64,000 nucleotides of DNA from Octopus sinensis (lineage: Eukaryota). Both the position numbers and the translations under genes were made by a program. The notes below the pieces were generated by a model. That model made no database searches and had not been told where the DNA came from. It saw only the letters and a program-made list of their open reading frames with translations. Shown here one piece after another: positions 62,625-64,000 of this stretch. The DNA is taken from contig NW_021836301.1 in assembly GCF_006345805.1 (NCBI RefSeq), positions 1 through 64,000 on the forward strand, given 5' to 3'. Every line of letters begins with the position of its first letter. The first letter of the stretch is position 1.

Positions 62625-62910
62625 TACACAGGTGTATTTCCACTTGACTTTGTTTCCTCATAACTTTCAGAGAAATAGGTAGTTTTTAATGAAAATTTTC
62701 AACACATACTTTTTATTGGTGTAGAATTACAATTATATCGGAATTATTGTGGAGCATATTTAAGCATACATATATGGTGTGCTCTTCAACTTTGTTTCCT
62801 CATAACTTTCAGAAACATTATTTTACTCTTTTTTAATTTTTTTTTACTTCGGTGAATAATGAAATTTTCTTTACACAATTTTTTTTTTTTTAATGGTGTA
62901 GATTACGAAA
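62625..62910. mobile_element. Probable DNA-transposon-derived fragment with internal direct duplication
   Basis: actttgtttcctcataactttcaga and aatgaaa..tttc...ggtgtaga each occur twice. Confidence 0.45.
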
Positions 62911-64000
62911 ATAATAATAATGGCGAGCGCGCATACAAAACATATTTTGCATTGTGAGGTCAACTTGCCTCTCGATTTTTCCAGATCGATAAATTAAAAT
63001 ACTAGCCTCAGGCAATAACTTGGCAGAAAATTACTAAGAGCGTTGAACGAGATGTCTGGCAATGTCTGTAATGTCTGTCTGTATTCCACCACTTAAGATG
63101 TTTTGCGTTCGTCTTCAATGATCAATAAAAATCGAGACAGTTAGAGAGCGCGATCTTCTTTCCCTTGGCCGAAATGGAAGCCGTGGAAACGCGAAACTTT
63201 TTGCCTGGGCATCTATCTACTTAGACTTATATAAACCTTAATCGGACATGCACTCTGGAATTAAATTTCCAGACGTTACGTACACCAATATATTTTCAGT
63301 TGAATTATAAATACGAAAACATTTATTATTATTCTTTTTTGTATTCTTATTTTCATACACTTGAATACATAAAACAAAACTATTTTTCCCCTTTTCTTAA
63401 AAAGCTAAACTTGTTTTCATTACACAAACGTATACTACATGTATAATATTTCAACGCATTTCCAACCTTTTCTCAGTAAGTTTTACTCACCTTGAATGCC
63501 TCCGCCGATCAGTGTAATACGGAATAGTTTATTGATTAAATGATAACAGTTGAAAACAAAGACTTTGTATTATTATTATTGTCATCTTTATTATCACAAC
63601 TGTTTGATGGACGGGTTACGAGAAACTGAGCAGCAGTTTGTAAAGTTTTAATCGGTTTCAATATCGGAAAAAGAAACACAATCTAAGTTATAAAGCGGTA
63701 GACTAGTGAGTATCATGTTCTAAAGAGGCTACTTGCTAGAGAGGCCACAGACCAACGAATTTAGGGTCTGAAGAAACGCTGTAAAGCTAAGCGCTTAATG
63801 GACATGAAACCCAGAGTAAACCCATACCGGCCATATATATATATATATATATATGTGTATATATATATATTTTCCACGATCCCTTTTGATCGGGATTCAA
63901 CCCACTTTTTTTCCTTCTCTTCTTCCCAAAAAGAAAAGCTCTACTTTGTATTTTGTCCCTTCCGTATTTAGCCCTGCGTGGCCAATAAGGAAATCTATCT

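Noticed and set aside
63485-63600. Minus-strand AG|GTGAGT donor with possible exon
   Set aside because: All frames from plausible acceptors contain stops; no further support.

Overview
AT-rich eukaryotic (animal) genomic DNA that looks intergenic or intronic, with extreme microsatellite density: (TA)n, (CA)n, (GA)n, (GATA)n, (AAT)n, (ACC)n. The microsatellite load and tRNA-derived SINE families are most consistent with an octopus/coleoid cephalopod genome (inference). I cannot support any complete host protein-coding gene; almost all listed ORFs are microsatellite or SINE read-throughs. The window holds dozens of SINE copies, which I label SINE-A, SINE-B and a modular C/D group. It also has 5'-truncated RTE-like LINE ends (one encoding two C2H2 zinc fingers), hAT-, mariner- and Merlin-like MITEs, two minisatellites and local duplications. 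The most interesting signal is a set of at least three, possibly four, distinct short repeats carrying minimal hammerhead-ribozyme-like cores (CUGANGA-stemII-GAAA-palindromic stemIII), resembling Penelope-like pLTRs or retrozymes. One has a tRNA-like Pol III head fused upstream (50679-50926), and several form head-to-head inverted junctions at or near the ribozyme palindrome. SINE-B also forms head-to-tail multimers with a fixed junction. All coordinates were read by eye and repeat ends are approximate.
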